The translations under genes were made by a program, and so were the position numbers. This document shows positions 1 through 8,386 of a stretch of 51,640 bases of DNA, piece after piece. The notes beneath the pieces are model-generated. The model saw nothing but the letters and a program-made list of their open reading frames with translations, ran no database searches and had not been told where the DNA came from. Position 1 is the first letter of the stretch. The number at the start of each line of letters is the position of its first letter. The stretch lies in sequence record SRR22947725_1174; one strand, 5' to 3'.

Positions 1-784
1 CAACACCTACAAACATTTCAACAAAATCAGCTCCACTTATACTGAAAAATGGAACACTAGATTCACCTGCTACAGCTCTAGCTAATAAAGTTTTTCCAGT
101 ACCAGGAGGGCCAACCAAAAGTACACCCCGAGGTATTTTTCCGCCTAACTTTTCAAATTTCTTTGGACTTTTTAAGTAAGCAATAACTTCCTCTAGTTCT
201 TCTTTTGCTTCTATACATCCAGCAACATCACCAAATTTTACTTTCTTTTGCTTTGAAGAAAACATTTTTGCTTTACTTTTTCCAAAACTAAAGACATTAT
301 TCATTCCATTATTTGATCCCTGCATTCTTCTTATCATAAAAATCCAAAAACCGATCAATAATAACCAAGGAGCAAAACCAAGCAACCAACTGGTCCAGTC
401 AATCTTCTCTCCTTCGAAATTGTATTCAATCTTCTTTTCGTCCCAAATTTTAATTTGTTCAGTATAATCTGCTGGAAGATAAACAACAAAAAGTGTTCTC
501 TCTGTGAACTCTGCTCCATTTTTATTTATTAATGTTGCGGGTGTAGAAAGCTCTCCATGAAAAGAATTATCATTCTCGATTGAAGCTTCTTTTATTTGAC
601 CCTCCGAAAGCAGTCTTTTATAAGTATTGTAGGATATTTCTACTTCATTTGCTGATTCATTTGGTAATAATGACAGAGATAGCATCACGAAGAATAAAAC
701 TGCAAGCCATACAAAAGAGCTTGAGTTTTTAACTTTAGATTTTCGCTTTAATTGTTTTTTTGGTTTTTTTGTTGGTTTTTTCAT
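1..784 (-). CDS. ftsH: ATP-dependent zinc metalloprotease FtsH, N-terminal part (runs off the window's left edge)
   Basis: Manual translation from ATG at 784: MKKPTKK..., two hydrophobic segments, then [16 protein letters not shown], Walker [18 protein letters not shown] and [14 protein letters not shown]. Absent from the ORF track because it is truncated. Confidence 0.97.
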   Translation of the reverse strand, partial: MKKPTKKPKKQLKRKSKVKNSSSFVWLAVLFFVMLSLSLLPNESANEVEISYNTYKRLLSEGQIKEASIENDNSFHGELSTPATLINKNGAEFTERTLFVVYLPADYTEQIKIWDEKKIEYNFEGEKIDWTSWLLGFAPWLLLIGFWIFMIRRMQGSNNGMNNVFSFGKSKAKMFSSKQKKVKFGDVAGCIEAKEELEEVIAYLKSPKKFEKLGGKIPRGVLLVGPPGTGKTLLARAVAGESSVPFFSISGADFVEMFVGV

Positions 785-821
785 TTGGAAGTGAATTTAG
801 TAAAAATGGTTATTAAAAAAA

Positions 822-2153
822 CTATTTCCTTAAGAAATTTAGTTTTGCAATCAATTTACTTTTCTTAGTCAGCTTATAATTATTACTAATCTGTTTTCCT
901 GCCAACCATACAATATCTTTTTCATTGCAAACTACAAGCGTCTTATCTTTATCAATAGAAGATACTTTTTGGTCAGTCAAGTATTGATTAACCTTCTTTG
1001 TACCCGATAAGCCTAATGGGCTAAAAGTATCATCATTATCTAAATTCCGAATAATCAACTTGTTATTGAAATGTTCTGCATCTACATACTCAAAACTAGG
1101 ATCTTTTAAAAATATTTTTGGTCTTTTGTCATAGTTCCAGTGAAATAAAAAATCATTATTTTCAATTATCTCACCTGGTTTTACCTCACGATATACTGGA
1201 ATAATATCTAAATTTTCTGTTAATAAAATACAATCTCTGTCAATTAAGATTTTAGTTTTATTGATTATTTTTTCACTACCAACAACTTCCTTGTTTAGAA
1301 ACGCGCTTAATTCTGCTAATAAATTTTTAGAAAAATAAAATTCAGAATCTTTCGATAAGATTTTTTTTATGACATTTATTTTTAGCAAGAATGGTAAAGT
1401 CAAAAATCTTCCTTTATTGATATAATAAATATTTTGAGAAAATCTCATATCATCAGATTTGATAAACTTATCAGTAGTAAAGCTCAATAATTCTTCCATA
1501 TCTTTAGTTTTTTTCTGAAAATCTTCGAAAGGTTTATGAAGATTTGGCTTAATATGTTCTAACACTGGAATAACCTTTTTTCTAAGAAAATTACGAGTTA
1601 ATGTGGTATCTTCATTTGTTGGATCTGCAATGAAAGCTACTTTATTTTTTTTAGCATATTGTACAATTTCACTTTTTTTAATATTAAGCATTGGTCTAAA
1701 AATATTATTATTTAATGAGCGAATACCAATCATAGAACTAAAACTTGAAGCATTTAAAATTTTCATTAAAATAGTTTCAATCTGATCATCGCTATGATGA
1801 GCTGTAACAATGTAATCAGCATTAACTTCCTTACAAATTTTTGCAAGTTCAGAGTATCGTTTATCTCGAAATTGCGCCTCTATATTACTTTTAATTTTAG
1901 ATGAATCAATAGAGGACTCGATATAAGATATATTGTTATTTGAACAATAATTTGATACGAGCTTACCCATTTTTTTACTCTTAGAATGACTATTATGATT
2001 TATATAGCAAGCTGTAACACTTGCTAAGCTAGGATTATTATAGAAAAAATCTAACATTACCATAGAATCTATACCACCAGAAACTGCTAAAAGAAAATGT
2101 TGTTTTTTTTGAGTATCTAAACTTTTTAAATTTTCAATAATTCTATTTTTCAT
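822..2153 (-). CDS. tilS: tRNA(Ile)-lysidine synthetase
   Basis: PP-loop AVSGGIDS, TAHHSDDQIET, RPML, DPTN...RNFLR, C-terminal TilS domain; located upstream of ftsH. Confidence 0.95.
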   Translation of the reverse strand: MKNRIIENLKSLDTQKKQHFLLAVSGGIDSMVMLDFFYNNPSLASVTACYINHNSHSKSKKMGKLVSNYCSNNNISYIESSIDSSKIKSNIEAQFRDKRYSELAKICKEVNADYIVTAHHSDDQIETILMKILNASSFSSMIGIRSLNNNIFRPMLNIKKSEIVQYAKKNKVAFIADPTNEDTTLTRNFLRKKVIPVLEHIKPNLHKPFEDFQKKTKDMEELLSFTTDKFIKSDDMRFSQNIYYINKGRFLTLPFLLKINVIKKILSKDSEFYFSKNLLAELSAFLNKEVVGSEKIINKTKILIDRDCILLTENLDIIPVYREVKPGEIIENNDFLFHWNYDKRPKIFLKDPSFEYVDAEHFNNKLIIRNLDNDDTFSPLGLSGTKKVNQYLTDQKVSSIDKDKTLVVCNEKDIVWLAGKQISNNYKLTKKSKLIAKLNFLRK

Positions 2154-2775
2154 ATTTCATTAAGTATGGATTAGTCTTCAACTCTTCATGTAGAGTTGTT
2201 TCTTCTCCATGTCCAGTTAATAAGGTTTGATCACTTGTAAAAGAATTTACAAAGAATTTCAGTGATGTTGCCATATCTCTTGGACTACTTAAAGGAAGAT
2301 CTGTTCTTCCAATAGATCCTTTAAATATTAGATCTCCACAAAATACTAAGTTATCTATAATAAAACTTATGCATCCAGGAGAATGTCCTGGATTAAAAAT
2401 AATTGAAAAAGAAAAATCTCCTACTACCAATTGTTTATCGTCGCAATTAATCCAATGAGAAACAGTAGGTTTTCTTGCTTCTACGCCCCAATACCCTGCT
2501 GCTCTATGAAAATTCTCTACCACCAGCTCATCCTTATCACAAACATATAGTGGAAGCCTATATTTATCGATTAAATCTGCAGCACCTGCAAGATGATCAA
2601 AGTGCGCGTGAGTTGCTAAAATAGCTAAAGGAGATAAATTTTTTGATTGAATGAATTCATCAATTAGGTCAAAACCAAAACCTGGGTCTATGATTATACA
2701 ATCATTGTTTTTATTATATACAATGTATGTATTCTCTTCGAGAAGATTAGTAACAATTCTCTGATATTGCACCAT
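2143..2775 (-). CDS. MBL-fold metallo-hydrolase (glyoxalase II/YcbL-like)
   Basis: IIDPG, THAHFDH (HxHxDH), PGHSPG, GDLIF, GRTDL, GHG motifs. Confidence 0.9.
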   Translation of the reverse strand: MVQYQRIVTNLLEENTYIVYNKNNDCIIIDPGFGFDLIDEFIQSKNLSPLAILATHAHFDHLAGAADLIDKYRLPLYVCDKDELVVENFHRAAGYWGVEARKPTVSHWINCDDKQLVVGDFSFSIIFNPGHSPGCISFIIDNLVFCGDLIFKGSIGRTDLPLSSPRDMATSLKFFVNSFTSDQTLLTGHGEETTLHEELKTNPYLMKYEK

Positions 2776-3848
2776 TACACTCTTTGAAAAAAGAATGGAC
2801 TTAAAGAATTAATTTTATCTTGATATGAATGTGGATTTAAAAACCTAACTGTTGCTGCAATACTTGATAAAATTGAGTTTCCGTCCTGGGGAGTAAAACA
2901 AAAGCCAGATACTTCATGTTCATTTTTAATATTAATAGAATCCTCAACTATAACTGTTTGATTTAAAATTCTTCCATATGCACCTTGATCTCTTCCAAAA
3001 GAAAACACTGCATTCGATGATTTATGCTCAGTTAATGCAATTTTATCATTGCGCTCTAATAAATCTATTACTTTTTCTTTAGAAGTAGGCTCTTTAAGCT
3101 TCAAATTGAACCATACTGTGTGCATATACTGTGTATTTATTTTTAAAGCAGAAGAAAATAGATTTAAATCGAGATTCATTGTATTAAATAGTCCGGCAGC
3201 ATCTTCAGCATGATGTGTTCCATAGGTCTCATGAGCATGGCTATTGACTGTTGGAGCTGGAACAAAACTACCAGTCTGACTTATATCATTACTTCTACGA
3301 ATACATACAAATTTCCCATCAATAAGATTATCTGGTGAAATACTCAAGGCAATAGTGTTAACTAGGCATGCAATATTGTGCGTATTACAAGATACAACTT
3401 GTAAAAATTGATCATCAGAATTTATAACATGGTCATTAATGCCTCTTGCATATTTTTTTCCAAATCCATTTTCACTACCTTGAGCTAAAAATCCTTTTAC
3501 CTTGTCAGTATATTTATTATAAAAATCTTTTTTGTTTTGTAGACCTGATCCACCTGGCGTACAGTCAATAACAACAGATGCTCTAGCAATAGCTTCTTCC
3601 ATCGTAAACTCTGCTTCTAAACCAATTGCTTTAAAGGCATCTACCCTATCTTCCAAAACAGATAGTCTTGCACCTTTTTTAATTAAATTATCAATTTTAG
3701 GCTTATCTAATGTGAGTGGAGAGTGTTTATGAAATGTAACTTCATCAATCCCTAAATTACTTTTTTGTTCACATAATATTCCAATTAGTGGCTCACCAAT
3801 TGTTCCAGTACCAACGATATGTACGATTTTTCTTTCCATACTACTCAT
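2775..3848 (-). CDS. Archaeal-type (class II) glyceraldehyde-3-phosphate dehydrogenase homologue
   Basis: GTGTIG Rossmann motif, VIDCTPGG, AQGSE, catalytic VVSCNTH, IRRSND, THHAED and YMH align with class II GAPDH motifs (DATPGG, FQGGE, VVSCNTT, RRAAD, SHHGPD, LMH). Confidence 0.8.
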   Translation of the reverse strand: MSSMERKIVHIVGTGTIGEPLIGILCEQKSNLGIDEVTFHKHSPLTLDKPKIDNLIKKGARLSVLEDRVDAFKAIGLEAEFTMEEAIARASVVIDCTPGGSGLQNKKDFYNKYTDKVKGFLAQGSENGFGKKYARGINDHVINSDDQFLQVVSCNTHNIACLVNTIALSISPDNLIDGKFVCIRRSNDISQTGSFVPAPTVNSHAHETYGTHHAEDAAGLFNTMNLDLNLFSSALKINTQYMHTVWFNLKLKEPTSKEKVIDLLERNDKIALTEHKSSNAVFSFGRDQGAYGRILNQTVIVEDSINIKNEHEVSGFCFTPQDGNSILSSIAATVRFLNPHSYQDKINSLSPFFFQRV

Positions 3849-3915
3849 TTCCTCTTGTGATAATTAAAATGTTAACCAAAAAATATAGTGAATAATGATA
3901 TTAAAAAACGCTTAT

Positions 3916-4017
3916 TTATAAGTTTCTTAGTTTCTTAATATTTAATACAAACCATACTAATAAAACTATAAATACAGCTAGAAATGCTGCAAGAAAATAT
4001 TCTAAATAATTATACAT
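3916..4017 (-). CDS. ccmD: CcmD-like small membrane protein (33 aa, not in ORF track)
   Basis: MYNYLEYFLAAFLAVFIVLLVWFVLNIKKLRNL*: one TM helix plus a basic tail. Its start overlaps the end of ccmC, the canonical ccmD position. Confidence 0.7.
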   Translation of the reverse strand: MYNYLEYFLAAFLAVFIVLLVWFVLNIKKLRNL

Positions 4018-4657
4018 AATTTTTCTCTCTATCTTGTAAATATAAAACTTTCAGCTTTAAAAATAACATGGTGAACATCAGATTAGTAAAAGCAAGTAAA
4101 GAGAATAAAAACGGTCTCAATATACCCGATGGCTGCTTATTCATCTCTACTTGTGGGTGAGATTGAATTTCAGCTGCCCAAAACTCTACTGATAAAAATA
4201 TAATGGGGATATCTAAAAAGGCAATTATTCCTACTATTGCAGAAATTAAAGCTACTCTCTGTCTATAAATTCCAATATTTCTCAAAATAAAATAGCCTGC
4301 ATAGATAATAAATAAAACTAAGGTGGTGATAAGTCTTGGTTCCCAAATCCATGGTTTTCCCCAAATAGGAGTTGCCCAGATAGGACCTGTAACAAGCACT
4401 AATCCTGTAAATATTGTACCAATTTCTGCTGCCGCATGTCCAATCCTGTCATACTTAAGATCTTTAGAAAAAAGATATCCTACTCCTGCCAGCATAACAA
4501 AAAAATAAGATAAAAAACCAGACCAAGCCAAAGGAACATGAAGATAAAATATTTTTTGTGCCCATTCTTGATCAGGCACCATTGGAGTTAAAAATATAAT
4601 TGACACAATATTGCATCCCATTACAATCATTGATAGTATAAATAAAGATAAATTCAT
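4010..4657 (-). CDS. ccmC: Heme exporter/cytochrome c biogenesis protein CcmC
   Basis: YLHVP, tryptophan-rich motif WATPIWGKPWIWEPRL, second His in SHP; multiple TM segments. Confidence 0.93.
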   Translation of the reverse strand: MNLSLFILSMIVMGCNIVSIIFLTPMVPDQEWAQKIFYLHVPLAWSGFLSYFFVMLAGVGYLFSKDLKYDRIGHAAAEIGTIFTGLVLVTGPIWATPIWGKPWIWEPRLITTLVLFIIYAGYFILRNIGIYRQRVALISAIVGIIAFLDIPIIFLSVEFWAAEIQSHPQVEMNKQPSGILRPFLFSLLAFTNLMFTMLFLKLKVLYLQDREKNYV

Positions 4658-5319
4658 TAGTATTTAATCAGCCTTTCAAAAAAATTAACTCCTAAAACCG
4701 TTGTCATAATCGCAAAAGTTAATAATAAAAGTATTGATTCTATATAGAAAGATATCTCTAGCCCTAGACATAAAGCAATGAAGATATTTGAAGAATGAAT
4801 TAAAAGAGGAACAATCATAGGAAACAAAATAAGGGGAAATAAAAAACTTCTAGTACTGTTTAATGAAGTCATTAAATATATCAGCATTCCTAATCCAATG
4901 AGTCCAATATTAGATAATAAACAAAGCGCTAGAATCTGAAAAATTATATCTACTTCTATTGAAGTAGATATTAAGCTATAAATCATAAAAATAAGCAACT
5001 GTACACCAAGTAAGATTAAAGAAAAAGTGATTAGTTTTGCCAAAAATAATAGGTAATTGTCTGCGGGAGATGTATAAATTATGTCATATACCCCCTCTTC
5101 TTTTTCGCGTATAAATGAATTCTCAATCAATTTAATAGATGATAAAGCAATAATAATCCAAAAAAATCCAGATAAGATAATAATTTCATTTAATTCAGAT
5201 GGAGGAAATGAAAATACAGAAAGCATTAAGCATGACAGAGAGAAGAATGTTATATAAAATAAATTATTAGATGATTTCATCTCTAAAAGAAATTCATTTT
5301 TAATTAAACTAATTATCAT
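4657..5319 (-). CDS. ccmB: Heme exporter protein CcmB
   Basis: Six-TM hydrophobic protein with LILFPMIVPLLI, lying between ccmA and ccmC. Confidence 0.85.
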   Translation of the reverse strand: MIISLIKNEFLLEMKSSNNLFYITFFSLSCLMLSVFSFPPSELNEIIILSGFFWIIIALSSIKLIENSFIREKEEGVYDIIYTSPADNYLLFLAKLITFSLILLGVQLLIFMIYSLISTSIEVDIIFQILALCLLSNIGLIGLGMLIYLMTSLNSTRSFLFPLILFPMIVPLLIHSSNIFIALCLGLEISFYIESILLLLTFAIMTTVLGVNFFERLIKY

Positions 5320-5915
5320 AACGCAATCTTTCCATTTTCTAATTTTATAGATTCATCGCAAATATCTGATATATGCTTAAAATTATGTGTTGAAAAAATA
5401 ATAGTTTTGTTTTTTGATTTTAAATTTAAAAAAAGATTTTTGAAGATATTTTGAGCACTATCATCTAAGTTTGTAAAAGGTTCATCAATCAACAGATATT
5501 CCCATGGTAAGTTTAATGCGATTAGTAGTTTATTTCTCTGAAGATTTCCTTTAGATAAATACTTTAATGGCAAATTTTCAAATTCTTTTAACTCCAACAA
5601 AACCAAATACTTTTCATAACTTTGTTTGCTAAAATCTTGATTATATAAACGTAAAATACATTTGAGATTATTTAATATAGTTAAATCACTAAAAATATTT
5701 GCTTTATCGTTTAGAAATAAAAAGTTAGACCCATTATAATTAATATCACCAGAATCAGTATTCATAATACTAGATATACACTTTAAAAAAGTTGTTTTAC
5801 CTGAACCGTTGCGACCTAACAATGCAACTAGCTTTCCTGAATCAATGGTACAAGATATATTGTCTAATACCTTAATATCAGAAAATGATTTACTAAGATT
5901 TTTAACTTCTAACAT
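5316..5915 (-). CDS. ccmA: Heme ABC exporter ATP-binding protein CcmA
   Basis: Walker A GRNGSGKTT, signature-like LSKG, Walker B LLIDEP, H-loop STH; ccm context. Confidence 0.85.
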   Translation of the reverse strand: MLEVKNLSKSFSDIKVLDNISCTIDSGKLVALLGRNGSGKTTFLKCISSIMNTDSGDINYNGSNFLFLNDKANIFSDLTILNNLKCILRLYNQDFSKQSYEKYLVLLELKEFENLPLKYLSKGNLQRNKLLIALNLPWEYLLIDEPFTNLDDSAQNIFKNLFLNLKSKNKTIIFSTHNFKHISDICDESIKLENGKIAL

Positions 5916-6004
5916 TATTTAATTTTTTTCAATAATGGGTAGAATACAAATAGAATAACCATAAAATACAATGCAAAAATAAAAAATTGATTAAACAACT
6001 CCAT
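5915..6004 (-). CDS. Putative 29-aa single-TM protein between ccmF and ccmA (not in ORF track)
   Basis: MELFNQFFIFALYFMVILFVFYPLLKKIK*. Preceded by GAGGAG, starts inside the ccmF 3' end, and its TAA overlaps the ccmA ATG (TAATG), exactly filling the gap. Confidence 0.6.
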   Translation of the reverse strand: MELFNQFFIFALYFMVILFVFYPLLKKIK

Positions 6005-7973
6005 AATCTCTCCTCTTGGATGGCCAAAAAGCAAATAAAGAACCAATCACCATTACGATTCCACCAATCCATACCCAATTTACTAAAGGATTAATCATAA
6101 TTTTAAAATAGCCTTGATTTTTCTCTGCATCATAAGCCGAAAATATTGAATATATATCTTTTCTCATGGTACTATAAATATCAAGTTCGCTATGCGGTTG
6201 ACGCTTTTCCGGATCTGGATTCCAATAAAAATAAATTCTTTTTTCTGGATATAAACTTGTTATTAGATTATTACTTTGATCTATAACATCCATGTCGCTT
6301 ATAAAAGCATAATGATTATCTCTAGCTTCACTTTTAATGCTATTAAGCTTAAAAATATAATTGGCAAAATAAATTTCTTCACCAGGAGATAAGTTGAACT
6401 CTTTTTCTACTTCAAATGCTCTTCCAATAAATCCTACGAAGAGTAAAGTAATTCCAATATGAACAATATATCCTCCATTTTTATGTCTATTATTTAGCAT
6501 CATACTAGCAAAAGCAGATCCAATAGACTTATCTTTATTTTTTGATTTTTTATATGACTTTCTAAACTCATTTGAAATAGATGTTGCTGTAAATGCTATT
6601 CCCATACATGTGACTAATGGATATAATTGAAAAGGACCAAAAAATAAAGAATATATTATCCCAGATACAAAACTGACAATCATAGGAATTTTGAAATTTG
6701 ATAATAATTTTGAATTAGAGGTATTTTTCCATGAAAGTAGGGGGCCAATACCCATCAAGAATAATAATACTAAACCAATAGGTACATTTAGTTGATTAAA
6801 GTAAGTAGCTCCAACATAAATCTTTTCTCCATTCCAAGCTTCTGAAAGAATAGGGAATAATGTTCCCCATAATACAATAAAACACATTAGAAGTAGAATT
6901 AAATTATTGTATAAAAATCCTCCCTCTCTTGATGAAAAAGAATCAATTTTTTTATCTGATTTTAATAGATCAAATCTCTTAAAAAACCAATAGACCGTAA
7001 ATAAAATTAAACTGGTTAAAAAACCTAAAAATAATGGTCCCAAGTTTTCTGCTGTAAATGAATGGACAGAAGATACTATTCCACTTCTAGTAATAAATGT
7101 ACCTAAAATAACTAACAGGAAAGTTGATGCTGCTAATAAAATATTCCAAGATTTTAACATTCCTCTTTTTTCTTGTATCATAGAAGAATGAATAAATGCG
7201 GTAAGTATGAGCCATGGCATTAAAGAAGAATTTTCAACTGGATCCCAAGCCCAGTATCCACCCCAACCTAACTCGTTATATGCCCAATATCCTCCCAAAA
7301 TGATACCAGCAGATAAGAAAGTCCATACAATCAATGACCAACGTCTAATGGATTGAATCCATTCAAAGGTAAGTGATCGTGATATTAAAGCAGATAGCGC
7401 CATTACGAAGAGAATAGTTGTACCAATAAAACCTAAATAAAGTGTAGGTGGATGAATGGCCATTGTAACATTTTGTAATAATGGGTTTAAACCATTACCA
7501 TTTTGTACAATAATATCAGATGATACAGGCTCAAAAGGGTTTGCTACAAAATTAGATAGAAGTAAAAAAAATCCGAAAATAAAAGAGAGCATAATATAGG
7601 ACCAAAATTTCAATTCATACATCTTCCTTAGAGAAACATTAATATAAATTAAAGAGTATATAGACATAATAAATGTCCAAAAAAGCAATGATCCAGCTTG
7701 TCCAGCCCACAAAGCGGTTACCTTAAAAAATAAAGGGGTTTCATAGCTCGTGTATTGTGAAACGTATTGTAAATTAAAATTACTAATTAGCAACTCATTC
7801 AATAAGCAAAGGGTAGCTAAGATAACACAAAAACAAACTGCTATTAAACCTCTTTCAGATATATCTAAAAAGATTTTATTTTTTTTTATAGAATAATAAA
7901 ATAGGAAAAAGAAAGTTGATAATATTAATCCACCACTTATACTTAGTGCTAAACTTCCAATTTGAGATATCAT
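5991..7973 (-). CDS. ccmF: Cytochrome c heme lyase CcmF
   Basis: WAGQAGSLLFW, GLNPLLQ, IHPP, WAYNELGWGGYWAWDPVENSSLMPWL, TRSG..SVHSF. Confidence 0.97.
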   Translation of the reverse strand: MISQIGSLALSISGGLILSTFFFLFYYSIKKNKIFLDISERGLIAVCFCVILATLCLLNELLISNFNLQYVSQYTSYETPLFFKVTALWAGQAGSLLFWTFIMSIYSLIYINVSLRKMYELKFWSYIMLSFIFGFFLLLSNFVANPFEPVSSDIIVQNGNGLNPLLQNVTMAIHPPTLYLGFIGTTILFVMALSALISRSLTFEWIQSIRRWSLIVWTFLSAGIILGGYWAYNELGWGGYWAWDPVENSSLMPWLILTAFIHSSMIQEKRGMLKSWNILLAASTFLLVILGTFITRSGIVSSVHSFTAENLGPLFLGFLTSLILFTVYWFFKRFDLLKSDKKIDSFSSREGGFLYNNLILLLMCFIVLWGTLFPILSEAWNGEKIYVGATYFNQLNVPIGLVLLFLMGIGPLLSWKNTSNSKLLSNFKIPMIVSFVSGIIYSLFFGPFQLYPLVTCMGIAFTATSISNEFRKSYKKSKNKDKSIGSAFASMMLNNRHKNGGYIVHIGITLLFVGFIGRAFEVEKEFNLSPGEEIYFANYIFKLNSIKSEARDNHYAFISDMDVIDQSNNLITSLYPEKRIYFYWNPDPEKRQPHSELDIYSTMRKDIYSIFSAYDAEKNQGYFKIMINPLVNWVWIGGIVMVIGSLFAFWPSKRRDYGVV

Positions 7974-8383
7974 TATATCTTTTCTATATTTTTTAAATCG
8001 CCTTCATATCTTGAAGCGCATTTAGTTTGAAGTTCGGTAGCAACAATTAAATTATCATTAAAAGAGCCAGCAACTACTACTTCTGCATCATCTTTAAATA
8101 AATCTGGCCTAATTCCATAATAATAAACTTTTAAACTGTCATTCCCCTGATAAACATAAAAAGATACCTCTAATTGATCTTCAGCATTGATACTAATAGA
8201 ATTAGGCTTAATTAAACCACCAACCTTAACCCTGGTCGACAAAGAAGATTCTTTTGATACAAGTTCTTCAATTGTATAGTAACGAATAGTTAAACTATTA
8301 TCTTGCTTTACATTAGTAAGATATATTGTCCAAATAACAATTAATGCAAAAACTAAAATCAGTGATGTGTAAATTCTATTCAT
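7973..8383 (-). CDS. ccmE: Heme chaperone CcmE, CxxxY variant
   Basis: RVKVGG, PDLFKDDAEVVVAG and TKCASRY (CxxxY in place of HxxxY); N-terminal TM anchor. Confidence 0.92.
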   Translation of the reverse strand: MNRIYTSLILVFALIVIWTIYLTNVKQDNSLTIRYYTIEELVSKESSLSTRVKVGGLIKPNSISINAEDQLEVSFYVYQGNDSLKVYYYGIRPDLFKDDAEVVVAGSFNDNLIVATELQTKCASRYEGDLKNIEKI

Positions 8384-8386
8384 AAT

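Noticed and set aside
785..821. Absence of hpt between tilS and ftsH
   Set aside because: Direct tilS-ftsH adjacency is common, and there is no remnant in the 37-bp gap.
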